Assembly: GCA_963707915.1 (NCBI GenBank)
Contig: OY970178.1
Location: forward strand, 32,001-96,000
Reading direction: 5' to 3'
Length of the DNA: 64,000 bases
Source of the DNA: Candidatus Eiseniibacteriota bacterium
GTDB taxonomy: Bacteria > Eisenbacteria > RBG-16-71-46
Positions 38,364 through 50,332 of the stretch are shown one piece after another (position 1 is the stretch's first letter; each line of letters opens with the position of its first letter). Both the position numbers and the translations under genes were made by a program. Under the pieces are notes generated by a model. The model was not told where the DNA came from and ran no database searches. It saw nothing but the letters and a program-made list of their open reading frames with translations.

Positions 38364-38936
38364 GGAGTCCTTCTTGGACGAGCCCGGCGGCCGGCGGGTG
38401 CCCCCGATCGTCGTGGTGGGTGGTCTCATGCTGCCTTCCGATACAATTGTGCGGCTTGGGATTGCGGCGATTCAAGAGACTTCACTCGAAGCGTCGGGGC
38501 ACCCACCGGGTGGGTCGGTCGGCACAATGGCCCAGGTTCGCGGAACTGGCGGCGCGGCGCCGGCCTCCCGGCCCGCTCCGGCCCGGCGTTGCTCGCGGGG
38601 GCGAGAAATGACCCTCCGCGGAGCAGCCGCAGACGCGGCGGCGATTCCGCCAGGGTCGGCGCGAGTCGTTCCGGGAAGCGGGGCGGGGATACGGAACCCG
38701 GAACCGGGCGGCACGCACGCCGCGCGGGCGCGCGACGAGGACGCAGTCGCGGCCGGCGGGAACGGGCCTGGGCGCCGCCGCCCGGCCCGTGGCCCCGGCT
38801 CCGACGCGCGCCCGGCTGGAGCGGGATGGCCTCGATGAGGTAGCATCCCCCGGTCGAGACACTCCGGCGAGGGCGTCTGAGCCCTCGCCGCTTCCCTCCT
38901 CAGGAACCATCCTCCAGCCCAGAGCCGAGCCCTCCC

Positions 38937-40442
38937 ATGACTCCCGACACGCCCGAGATCGAGCCCACCCTGCCCTCCGTTCCCGAAGAAGATGCCGCGG
39001 TCTCGGCCGAGTTCGCCCGGGCGCTCGAGGAATTCGAACAGAACAAGCGTTCCGCCGCGGCGGCCGCAGGCGCCGCCGCCGAGATCAAGGTGGGGATGAA
39101 GGTGAAGGGCAAGGTCGTCTCGGTGGGCGACGAGCACACGCTCCTCGACTTCGGCGGCCGCAGCGAGGCCGTGGCCGAGACCCGGCACTTCCGCGCCGAG
39201 GACGGGACCCCGAGCATCAAGCCGGACGACGTGCTCGAACTGTTCGTGGTGGAAGCCGGCGACCAGGTCGTGCTCGCCCCCTCGATCCGTGCCGACGCCC
39301 ACGAGGCGCTGCGGCAGATGCGCGAGGCTCACGCGGCGGGCGTGCCCGTGACCGGGCGCGTCACCGGCGTCAACTCCGGCGGGCTCGAGGTGGACCTGAG
39401 CGGCGAGCGCGCCTTCTGCCCGCTCTCGCACATCGATTCCAGCTTCTGCGCCGATCCTTCGGTGTTCGTCGGGCGCACGCTCGAGTTCCTGGTCACCTCG
39501 GTCGGCGACGCGAGGGGCAGCGTGGTGCTCTCGCGCCGGCAGCTGCTGCGCCGGGGCGAGGAGGAGCAGGCCAGGAAGCTGGTGGCCACGCTCAAGCCCG
39601 GCGACGAGCTGGACGGCACGGTCGCGCGGCTCGAGGCCTTCGGGGCCTTCGTGGACCTCGGCGGCGTGGACGGGCTGGTCCACGTCTCGGAGATCCGGCA
39701 CGAACGCGTCGGGCACCCCAGCCAGGTCCTGCGCCAGGGCGAGAAGGTGCGCGTCCGGGTGCTCCGCCTGGACGTCGGCAAGGACGGCAGGCAGCGCATC
39801 GCGCTCTCCATCAAGGCGACCGCGCCGGATCCCTGGACCGGGATCGAGTCGCGCTACAGCCCCGGGATGCGCGTGATGGGCCTGGTGGCACGGCTCACCG
39901 ACTTCGGTGCGTTCGTCACGCTGGAGCCCGGGATCGACGGCCTGGTGCACGTCTCCGAGGCCGCGCCGCAGCGCCTCGCGCACGTGAAGGAAGTGCTCAC
40001 CGTGGGCCAGACCATCGAGGCGGTGGTCCTGAGCGTGGACCCGGAGAAGAAGCGCGTCTCGCTGTCGGTCAAGCGGGCCGCCGAGGATTGGCAGCCGGCC
40101 GCCTCGGAGCGGACGCAGGAGCAGCCCCGCGAGCGCGGGCCCGGGCGCGGCGGCGAGCGCGGGGCCGGGCGCGGCGGCGAGCGTGGCCCCGGACGTGGTG
40201 GCGAGCGCGGGGCCGGACGCGGCGGCGAGCGTGGCCCCGGACGTGGCGGCGAGCGTGGCGGCGAGCGCGGCGGCGAGCGCGGCGGCGAGCGGGGCGGCGA
40301 GCGGGGTCGCGCCCCGCAGGTGCAGGTGTTCCCCCCGCCGGCTCAGCCCGGCGCCGAGCCGGAGTTGACCGCGATGGCGCTCGCGCTGCGCGCCGCGATG
40401 GAGCGGGCGAAGCAGAAGCAGGAAGGCGGCGGCCGCCCGTAA
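38937..40442 (+). CDS. Ribosomal protein S1-like protein (4 S1 domains) with RGG-repeat tail; probably a paralogue of rpsA
   Basis: Four S1 repeats incl. FGAFVDLGGVDGLVHVSEI and FGAFVTLEPGIDGLVHVSE; ends LTAMALALRAA. Confidence 0.9.
   Translation: MTPDTPEIEPTLPSVPEEDAAVSAEFARALEEFEQNKRSAAAAAGAAAEIKVGMKVKGKVVSVGDEHTLLDFGGRSEAVAETRHFRAEDGTPSIKPDDVLELFVVEAGDQVVLAPSIRADAHEALRQMREAHAAGVPVTGRVTGVNSGGLEVDLSGERAFCPLSHIDSSFCADPSVFVGRTLEFLVTSVGDARGSVVLSRRQLLRRGEEEQARKLVATLKPGDELDGTVARLEAFGAFVDLGGVDGLVHVSEIRHERVGHPSQVLRQGEKVRVRVLRLDVGKDGRQRIALSIKATAPDPWTGIESRYSPGMRVMGLVARLTDFGAFVTLEPGIDGLVHVSEAAPQRLAHVKEVLTVGQTIEAVVLSVDPEKKRVSLSVKRAAEDWQPAASERTQEQPRERGPGRGGERGAGRGGERGPGRGGERGAGRGGERGPGRGGERGGERGGERGGERGGERGRAPQVQVFPPPAQPGAEPELTAMALALRAAMERAKQKQEGGGRP
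40131..40310 (+). repeat. Coding tandem repeat: 5 x 24 bp (ERG[P/A]GRGG) followed by 5 x 12 bp (ERGG x4, ERGR)
   Basis: Read directly from the sequence. Confidence 0.95.
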
Positions 40443-40645
40443 GGGGCCCTGGCCCACCCTTCACCCGCGTCCAGCGCTTCGCGGAGTCGACCTCACGGTC
40501 CGGCGCCTCGGTCCGTGACCGGGCGAGGCCGCAGGCCTGCGTGCGAATCGGCCCCGACTCTGCGATGATGCGCCGTCCACAGGTCCCGTGAGATGACCAG
40601 GGCCGGCGCCCGCGCACGCGGGCGAGCCCGGGAGAGGAGCACCAC

Positions 40646-40867
40646 ATGGCAGGGAACAAGCGACCGTCATTCCTCAAGCGGCAGAAGGAACAGGCCCGCC
40701 TCGCCCGGGCGAACGAGAAGCGCGAAGCGCGGCGGGTGAAGAAGCACTCCCGGGGCATGGTGATCGAGGAGCTCGAGTCTCCCGATTCGTTCGATGCGTC
40801 CGAGTCGCCCGACTCGCCCGACTCGCCCGAGGAGCCGACGGAAGAGAACGAGGAGACCGCGCGCTGA
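40646..40867 (+). CDS. Small bipolar hypothetical protein (basic N-half, acidic C-half), 73 aa
   Basis: GAGGAG RBS; MAGNKRPSFLKRQKEQAR..EKREARR; ESPDS repeats. Confidence 0.8.
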   Translation: MAGNKRPSFLKRQKEQARLARANEKREARRVKKHSRGMVIEELESPDSFDASESPDSPDSPEEPTEENEETAR

Positions 40868-40928
40868 GCGCGACCGGGGGCCTCGCCGTCGTGCGCCCCG
40901 GAGCCACATCCCCAAGGAGGCCGCACCC

Positions 40929-43037
40929 ATGCGTACCTGGTCCGCCCTGGTGCTCATCGCCCTCGCCGCCCTGCCGGCCCGCGCCGCGGCGGCGTCCGCC
41001 GACCCGCCGTCCGTGAATCCGCTGCTCTCCGAGTGGAAGACGCCCTTCGGCGTGCCGCCCTTCGGCGAGATCAAGCCCGCGCACTTCCTGCCCGCCTTCA
41101 AGGTGGCCATCGCGCAGCAACTCGCCGAGGTCGACGCCATCGCGAAGAACGCGAAGGCGCCCACCTTCGCGAACACCGTCGAGGCCCTCGAGGCGTCCGG
41201 CGGGCTGCTGGACAAGGTGAACGGCGTCTTCGGCAACCTCACCTCGGTCGAGAGCACCGACGAGATGCAGGCGATCGACCGCGAGGTCTCGCCCCTCCTG
41301 GCCGCGCACCAGGACGACATCCGGCTCAACCAGGCGCTCTTCCAGCGGGTCAACGCGGTGTGGGAATCGCGCGCCGGGCTCAAGCTCGCGCCCGACCAGG
41401 CCATGCTGCTCGAGAAGACGTGGAAGGGGTTCGTTCGCGGCGGCGCGCTGCTCACGAAGGAGCAGAAGGAGCGCTTCCGCGTCATCAACACCGAGTTGGC
41501 CGGCCTGGAGGTCAAGTTCGGCGACGACGTGCTCAAGCAGACCAACTCGTACCGGCTGGTCATCGAATCGCCGGCCGACCTGGCCGGGCTCCCGGAGCGC
41601 GTCGTGGCGGGCGCGGCCGACGCCGCGAAGGCCGCGGGGCTCGAGGGCAAGTGGGTCTTCGGCCTGCAGTCGCCCAGCATCTGGCCCTTCCTGCAGTATG
41701 CCGAGAACCGCGATCTGCGCCGTCAGATCTTCCAGGCCTACATCAGCCGCTGCGACCACGGTGACGAGTTCGACAACAAGGCGACGCTGGGACGCATTGC
41801 CGCGCTGCGCGTCGAACGGGCGCAGTTGCTCGGCTTCAGGAGCTACGCCGACTTCGTCCTTGACCAGAACATGGCCAGGACGCCGGCCGGCGTCTATGGG
41901 CTGCTCGACCGGCTGTGGGGGCCCGCCAAGACGATGGCCGGGCGGGAGGCTGCCGACCTGCAGGCGGCGATCCGGACCGACGGGAAGGACTTCGCGCTCG
42001 AGCCGTGGGATTGGTGGTACTACACCGAGAAGGTGCGCAAGGCGCGCTTCGACCTCGACGAGCAGGTGGTGCGCCCGTACTTCGAGCTGGGCCGGGTGAT
42101 CGACGGCGCGTTCTACGTGGCCAACCGGCTCTTCGGGGTCACGTTCACGCCGCTGCCGAACCTCCCGGTCTACAACCCCGAGGTCAAGGCCTACGAGGTG
42201 AAGGACGCGGGCGGCGCGCACCTCGCAGTCTACTACGTGGACTACCATCCGCGGGACAGCAAGCGAGGCGGCGCCTGGTCCAACGAGTTCCGCGGCACCT
42301 GGGTCCGCGACGGCAAGTCGGTCCGCCCGGTGGTCATCAACTGCGGCAACTTCTCGCGCCCGACCGGCGGTGCGCCCGCGCTGCTCTCGCTCGAGGAGGT
42401 GGAGACGCTCTACCACGAGCTCGGGCACGGCCTGAACGCCATGCTCTCGAAGGTGCGCTACTCCAGCCAGGGCAACGTGACGCGCGACTTCGTCGAGCTG
42501 TGCTCGCAGATCATGGAGAACTGGGCGACCGAGCCCGAGGTGCTCAAGATCTATGCGAAGCACTACAAGACCGGCGAGGTCATCCCGATCGAGCTGGTGA
42601 ACAAGCTGAAGCAGGCCGGCAAGTTCAACCAGGGCTTCGCGACCGTCGAGTACCTGGCGGCCTCGTACCTGGACATGGACTGGCACACCCTGGACGAGAC
42701 CCGGCCGCAGGACGTCACCGCCTTCGAAGCCGCGTCGATGTCGAAGATCGGCATGCCGAAGGAGATCGTGCCGCGCTATCGCAGCCCCTACTTCCGGCAC
42801 ATCTTCTCGGGCGGCTACTCGGCGGGCTACTACTCCTACATCTGGGCCGAGGTGCTCTCGGCGGACGCGTTCAAGGCGTTCGAGGAGAAGGGCCTCTTCG
42901 ATCCGGCCACGGCGCGCTCGTTCCGCACCAACATCCTGGAGCGGGGCGCCAGCGAGGAGCCCATGACCCTCTACAAGCGCTTCCGCGGCCGGGAGCCTGC
43001 GGTCGAGCCCCTGCTGGAGAAGCGCGGGCTGAAGTAG
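40929..43037 (+). CDS. dcp: M3A peptidase, peptidyl-dipeptidase Dcp-like, with signal peptide
   Basis: AAGGAGG RBS; NPLL..PFG.PPF, KRGGAW, HELGH, RDFVE..SQIMENW, GYSAGYYSYIWAEVL. Confidence 0.93.
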   Translation: MRTWSALVLIALAALPARAAAASADPPSVNPLLSEWKTPFGVPPFGEIKPAHFLPAFKVAIAQQLAEVDAIAKNAKAPTFANTVEALEASGGLLDKVNGVFGNLTSVESTDEMQAIDREVSPLLAAHQDDIRLNQALFQRVNAVWESRAGLKLAPDQAMLLEKTWKGFVRGGALLTKEQKERFRVINTELAGLEVKFGDDVLKQTNSYRLVIESPADLAGLPERVVAGAADAAKAAGLEGKWVFGLQSPSIWPFLQYAENRDLRRQIFQAYISRCDHGDEFDNKATLGRIAALRVERAQLLGFRSYADFVLDQNMARTPAGVYGLLDRLWGPAKTMAGREAADLQAAIRTDGKDFALEPWDWWYYTEKVRKARFDLDEQVVRPYFELGRVIDGAFYVANRLFGVTFTPLPNLPVYNPEVKAYEVKDAGGAHLAVYYVDYHPRDSKRGGAWSNEFRGTWVRDGKSVRPVVINCGNFSRPTGGAPALLSLEEVETLYHELGHGLNAMLSKVRYSSQGNVTRDFVELCSQIMENWATEPEVLKIYAKHYKTGEVIPIELVNKLKQAGKFNQGFATVEYLAASYLDMDWHTLDETRPQDVTAFEAASMSKIGMPKEIVPRYRSPYFRHIFSGGYSAGYYSYIWAEVLSADAFKAFEEKGLFDPATARSFRTNILERGASEEPMTLYKRFRGREPAVEPLLEKRGLK

Positions 43038-43051
43038 CCGGGACCGGAAGA

Positions 43052-43084
43052 CGATGGCGGGGCTCCCCACGGGCCCCGCCGTCG
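43052..43084 (+). terminator. GC-rich hairpin after dcp
   Basis: 14-bp stem with 2 G-U pairs, 5-nt loop; no U-tract. Confidence 0.45.
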
Positions 43085-43421
43085 CGGTTCCCGCCGCGGG
43101 GGGGCGCCCGGCCGGGCTTTCGCGGGGCCGCGCGGCGGGCCACCCGGTCGGCGCAGCGCCCGCCCCCGGTCCGGGAACCCGGAGAAGGCCTGTCACCCGG
43201 ACCGGCAACTGAGGTACACTGCGGGCGTCGCTGCTGCCGACGGGAGAGGACTCAGCGCCCGGCGGGGGACCATCCCGTGCGGGTGCATGCCGCGAGCCGT
43301 CTCCGTCCGCGATTCATGGCGTCCGGTATCGTCATGGGGCGCAGGGAATCCGCGTGGTGACCGCCGCATCCCAAATATCGTCATTCCACGTGCGGGTTCT
43401 CCCGAATCTGGAGGTGAGGTC

Positions 43422-44018
43422 ATGAAGCGTTCCGCGGTGGTCGTGGTGATGTCGCTGGCGCTCGCCGGTATCGCATGGGGACAGGAGCCCGTGGACCTGA
43501 AGCAGCCGGTCCTGGCGACTCCCAAGCCGGAGCCCGCGCCGGTCGTTCCGCTGACCCCGACCGGGACCATCTCGTCCACGGTCCAGGACATCGGGCCCGG
43601 CGACCAGGCGCCCCCGTTCCAGCTCGACAGCTCGCTGGGCGGCCAGGTGAGGCAGTCGGATCTCAGGGGCCACTGGTCGGTCATGCTGTTCGACGAGTTG
43701 CGGACGGACCTGGCCCCGCTCGGGGCGACGGCGGACTCGATCCGCGCGCTGGGGGCCCGCACCTACGCCGTCTGCCCGGACGGCGCCCCCGCGCTCAAGG
43801 CGTTCGGCGAGCGCGAGCGGCTCGAGTTCCCGCTGTTGTCGGATCCCACCCGCGAGATCTCGCAGCTGTTCGGCATGTACGACGACGTCAACCAGGCCAT
43901 CCAGTCCGGCGTCGTGATCGTGGACCAGAAGGGCGTCGTGCGCATGACGCTCCAGGGTCCCTTCCTGCACGCGGACGAGTTGCTCCGGATGGTGAAGCAC
44001 GTGATCCAAGGCGCCTGA
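43422..44018 (+). CDS. Exported AhpC/TSA (Bcp-like) redoxin lacking the peroxidatic Cys
   Basis: GGAGGTGAGG RBS; signal peptide; GDQAPPFQL..G..V..SDLRG, FPLLSDP..ISQLFG, IVDQKGVVR. Confidence 0.8.
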   Translation: MKRSAVVVVMSLALAGIAWGQEPVDLKQPVLATPKPEPAPVVPLTPTGTISSTVQDIGPGDQAPPFQLDSSLGGQVRQSDLRGHWSVMLFDELRTDLAPLGATADSIRALGARTYAVCPDGAPALKAFGERERLEFPLLSDPTREISQLFGMYDDVNQAIQSGVVIVDQKGVVRMTLQGPFLHADELLRMVKHVIQGA

Positions 44019-44043
44019 GACCTCGTTCGAAGAAGGAGATTCG

Positions 44044-46296
44044 ATGTCCCTCGAGATCGCGCGGGCGCTCTACGCGAGCATGCCCCGCCGCTGTGCGGAG
44101 GCCCGGGAGCGCTTCGGCCGCCCGCTGACCTTCGCGGACAAGATCCTGGTGGCCCACGCGGACGACTTCGCCACCCAGGACTGGACGCGGGGGCGGGCCA
44201 TGCTGGCCCTGAGGCCCGACCGGGTCGCGATGCAGGACGCCACGGCCCAGATGGCCCTCCTGCAGTTCATGCAGTCGGGGCGTGAGCGCGTCGCGGTCCC
44301 CAGCACGATCCACTGCGACCACCTGATCCGGGCCCGCTCGGGGGCCGCCGAGGACCTGGCGCGGGCGCTGGGCGACAATCGCGAGGTCTACGCGTTCCTG
44401 TCGTCGGCGGCGCGCAAGTACGGCATCGGCTTCTGGCCGCCCGGGGCCGGCATCATCCACCAGGTGGTGCTGGAGAACTACGCCTTCCCGGGCGGGCTGA
44501 TGATCGGCACCGACTCGCACACCCCGAACGGCGGCGGGCTGGGCATGCTGGCCGTGGGGGTCGGGGGCGCCGACGCCGGCGAGGTGATGGCCGGCCTGGC
44601 GTGGGAGGTGCTCGCCCCGAAGCTCATCGGCGTGCGGCTGCGCGGACGGCTCTCCGGCTGGACCTCGCCGAAGGACGTCATCCTGCGGCTCTGCGGCCTG
44701 CTCACGGTCAAGGGCGGCACCAACCAGGTGCTCGAGTTCTTCGGCGAGGGCGCGGCTTCGATCTCCTGCACGGGCAAGGCGACCATCACGAACATGGGCG
44801 CCGAGCTCGGGGCGACCGGCTCGATCTTCCCCTTCGACCGGAAGATGGAGTCCTACCTGCGGGTCACCGGGCGCGCCGGACTGGCTGACCTGGCCGTCGA
44901 GAACCGCGCGTTGCTGGGGCCCGACCCCGAGGTGCTGGAGGACCCGGAGCGCTTCTACGACCAGGTCGTGGACCTGGATCTCTCCGCGCTCGAGGCCCAG
45001 GTCGTGGGCCCGCACACGCCCGACCTGGCCCGCCCGGTGTCGCGCATGGGCGCGGACGCGCGCGAGCACGGCTATCCGGTCGAGTTGCGCGCCGCGCTCA
45101 TCGGGTCGTGCACGAACTCCTCGTACGAGGACATGAGCCGCGCGGCGGCGGTGGCCCGCCAGGGCCTGGCCGCCGGTCTCAAGTCCCGGATCCCGCTCTA
45201 CGTCACCCCCGGCTCGACCCGAATCTACGACACGCTCGAGCGCGACGGCATGCTCGAGACCTTCCGCCGGATGGGGGCGACGGTGCTGGCCAACGCCTGC
45301 GGCCCCTGCATCGGGCAGTGGAGCCGGGCGGACGCGGTGCCGGGGCGCGCGGATTCGATCGTCTCGTCGTTCAACCGCAACTTCCCCGGCCGCAACGACG
45401 GGCTGGCCGAGACCCTGTCGTTCCTCGCCAGTCCCGAGATCGTCACCGCCCTGGCGTTCGCCGGGCGGCTCGACTTCGATCCGCTGAACGGCGCGCTCGA
45501 GGCCGCGGACGGCACCGCGCTGCGCTTCTCCGCGCCGCAGGGCGACGAGCACCCCGCGCGCGGGTTCGTCGAGGGGGACGGGGGCTACGTCGCTCCGGCG
45601 GCCAGCGGCGCGCGCATCGAGATCGAGCTGGCGCCGGACAGCGAGCGCATCCAGCTGCTCGCGCCCTTCGCGCGCTGGGACGGGAGGGACTTCGAAGGCC
45701 TGCCGGTCCTGGTGAAGACGCAGGGCAAGACCACGACCGACCACATCTCTCCGGCGGGGGCATGGCTGCGTTACCGCGGCCACCTCGACAAGATCAGCGA
45801 CAACATGTTCCTCGGCGCCACCAACGCGTTCTCGGAGGAGCGCGGGCGGGGGACCGACGTGCTCACCGGGGAAGGCGGCCTCGCCATCGCCGAGATCGCG
45901 CGCCGCTACAAGGCCCGGGGACTGGGCTCGGCGGTCATCGGCGACGAGAATTACGGCGAAGGCAGCAGCCGCGAGCACGCGGCGATGTCCCCGCGGCACC
46001 TCGGCGTGAAGGTGGTCATCGCCCGCTCCTTCGCGCGCATCCACGAGACCAACCTCAAGAAGCAGGGCATCCTTCCGCTGGTCTTCGCCGACCCGTCCGA
46101 CTGGGACCGGATCGAGCGCGATGACCGCGTGAGCGTCACCGGGCTGGCCGCACTGGCACCCGGGCAGCCCGTCCGGGTCGGGATCGTGAAGCCCGATGGC
46201 CGCCGTCTCGAGTTCGAGGCCCGGCACAGCCTCACGGCCCGGCAGATCGAATGGTTCAAGGCCGGCTCGGCCCTGAACGCGCTCCGTCACGATTGA
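44044..46296 (+). CDS. acnA: Aconitate hydratase (mitochondrial-type AcnA)
   Basis: [61 protein letters not shown]. Confidence 0.95.
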   Translation: MSLEIARALYASMPRRCAEARERFGRPLTFADKILVAHADDFATQDWTRGRAMLALRPDRVAMQDATAQMALLQFMQSGRERVAVPSTIHCDHLIRARSGAAEDLARALGDNREVYAFLSSAARKYGIGFWPPGAGIIHQVVLENYAFPGGLMIGTDSHTPNGGGLGMLAVGVGGADAGEVMAGLAWEVLAPKLIGVRLRGRLSGWTSPKDVILRLCGLLTVKGGTNQVLEFFGEGAASISCTGKATITNMGAELGATGSIFPFDRKMESYLRVTGRAGLADLAVENRALLGPDPEVLEDPERFYDQVVDLDLSALEAQVVGPHTPDLARPVSRMGADAREHGYPVELRAALIGSCTNSSYEDMSRAAAVARQGLAAGLKSRIPLYVTPGSTRIYDTLERDGMLETFRRMGATVLANACGPCIGQWSRADAVPGRADSIVSSFNRNFPGRNDGLAETLSFLASPEIVTALAFAGRLDFDPLNGALEAADGTALRFSAPQGDEHPARGFVEGDGGYVAPAASGARIEIELAPDSERIQLLAPFARWDGRDFEGLPVLVKTQGKTTTDHISPAGAWLRYRGHLDKISDNMFLGATNAFSEERGRGTDVLTGEGGLAIAEIARRYKARGLGSAVIGDENYGEGSSREHAAMSPRHLGVKVVIARSFARIHETNLKKQGILPLVFADPSDWDRIERDDRVSVTGLAALAPGQPVRVGIVKPDGRRLEFEARHSLTARQIEWFKAGSALNALRHD

Positions 46297-46315
46297 GAAA
46301 GGGCCAGAACCCCGC

Positions 46316-47605
<1,290 letters not shown>

Positions 47606-47624
47606 ACCACGGGAGACAGACGCC

Positions 47625-48911
<1,287 letters not shown>

Positions 48912-48936
48912 TCCCGGCCGTCACGCCCGGAACGCC

Positions 48937-48964
48937 ACGGGGCCCCGCTCGCGCGGGGCCCCGT
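48937..48964. terminator. Probable bidirectional terminator between convergent gltA and tldE
   Basis: Perfect 12-bp stem ACGGGGCCCCGC/GCGGGGCCCCGT, 4-nt loop. Confidence 0.6.
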
Positions 48965-48997
48965 CGTTCGATGCGGCCGGCGGCCGCGGCGGCGGTC

Positions 48998-50332
48998 CTA
49001 GCCCGACTTCCCGCCCACCGTGATCTCGGCGAACTTGATGGTCGGCGCCGCGACCGAGTCGCGCAGTTCGAGGTCGTTCCCCACCATCTCGACGTTCTGC
49101 AGCAGCGTGCCGAGGTTGGCGGAGATGGTGATCTCGGACACCGGGAAGGCCAGCGCGCCCTTCTCGATCCACATGCCGAACGCGCCCACCGAGATGTCGC
49201 CAGTGGTCGCCTCCTGCCCGAGCCCGAGGTAGCGGGTGAGGTAGAGGCCCTTGTCCACCGACTGGATGATGTCCTCGGGGCTGGACGGGCCGGCGGCCCA
49301 GTAGAAGTTGTTGGGGCCGTCGGCGTTCCCGGTCGAGCGCTGCTTGAGCTTCTTGCCCCAGTAGGTGTCGAGCAGGTAGCTCTTCAACACACCCTGCTCG
49401 ATGACCCCGAGCCGGCGACAGGGGACGCCCTCGCTGTCGAACGGGATGGTCCCGCGACCGCCGACCAGCAGGCCGTCGTCGACGATGTTGACCTTCTCGT
49501 TGCCGATCTTCGTGCCCAGCTTGTCGGCGAGGAACGACTGCCGCCGCGCCACGCTGATCCCGGTCAGGCACTGCGCCAGGAAGCCGAGCAGCCAGGCGCC
49601 CATCTGCGGGTCGAACACCACCGGGACGTTCTGGGTCTCGACCATGCGGCCGCCGAGCAGGCGGGTGACGCGCTCCACCGCGACCTTGCCGAGGGCCTCG
49701 GGCGCCTTCAGGTCCGAGAGCTGGGTCGAGGAATCGCCCCAGTAGTCCTCGAACAGGTTGGTGCCCTCGCCGCCCTGGAAGCCGACGCCGCAGTTGATCA
49801 GGCTGCGCTGGTAGGAGTCGGCGAAGCCCTTCGAGTTGGCCAGCGTCACGTTCCAGTTGAACGAGTTGCAGCTGGCCCCGGTGGACTTCTTGATCTTCGG
49901 TTCCCTGAGGCCCACGGCCTCCATCGCCTTGGCGATGGCGATGCGCCGCTCGGGCGTCACCTCGGCCACCGCGGGGTCGTAGATCTTGAGGTCCGCGGCC
50001 TTCGCCTGCACCGGCTCCGCGTCGGGCAGCCCGCCGAACGGATCCTGGCCGGCCAGCCGGGCGCGCGAGACGGCGTTGTCCATCAGCCGGTTGAGGGTCT
50101 CGGGCGTGAAGTCCGAGGACGACGCGCTGGCGGCCTTGCCGTCGACGAAGACGCGCAGGCTGAGGCCCTTGAAGACCGACTCGGTGAGCCGGTCGATGTT
50201 CTGGTCGAGGATGCTGAGGCGGGACTCGAGGCCCTCCTGGATGGACACCTCGACCTCCGAGGCGCCCTGCCTGGTGCCGTAGGCCACCAGGCCCTGGGCC
50301 AGCCCCATCCGATCGACGTTCTTGGCGCTCAT
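48998..50332 (-). CDS. tldE: TldE/PmbA protein
   Basis: ATGA overlap with tldD stop; SFLADKLG..I, PFDSEG, STGNA, GDISVGA.G..IEKG..PVSEITI; no HExxH. Confidence 0.9.
   Translation of the reverse strand: MSAKNVDRMGLAQGLVAYGTRQGASEVEVSIQEGLESRLSILDQNIDRLTESVFKGLSLRVFVDGKAASASSSDFTPETLNRLMDNAVSRARLAGQDPFGGLPDAEPVQAKAADLKIYDPAVAEVTPERRIAIAKAMEAVGLREPKIKKSTGASCNSFNWNVTLANSKGFADSYQRSLINCGVGFQGGEGTNLFEDYWGDSSTQLSDLKAPEALGKVAVERVTRLLGGRMVETQNVPVVFDPQMGAWLLGFLAQCLTGISVARRQSFLADKLGTKIGNEKVNIVDDGLLVGGRGTIPFDSEGVPCRRLGVIEQGVLKSYLLDTYWGKKLKQRSTGNADGPNNFYWAAGPSSPEDIIQSVDKGLYLTRYLGLGQEATTGDISVGAFGMWIEKGALAFPVSEITISANLGTLLQNVEMVGNDLELRDSVAAPTIKFAEITVGGKSG

Noticed and set aside
40131..40310. Tandem repeat as possible CRISPR array
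   Set aside because: No unique spacers, in frame within a CDS, no cas genes
43670..43720. Selenocysteine recoding in the redoxin
   Set aside because: No in-frame TGA at the catalytic position
44044..46296. Mitochondrial-type aconitase as eukaryotic transfer
   Set aside because: This type is common in FCB-group and other bacteria, and codon usage matches the host
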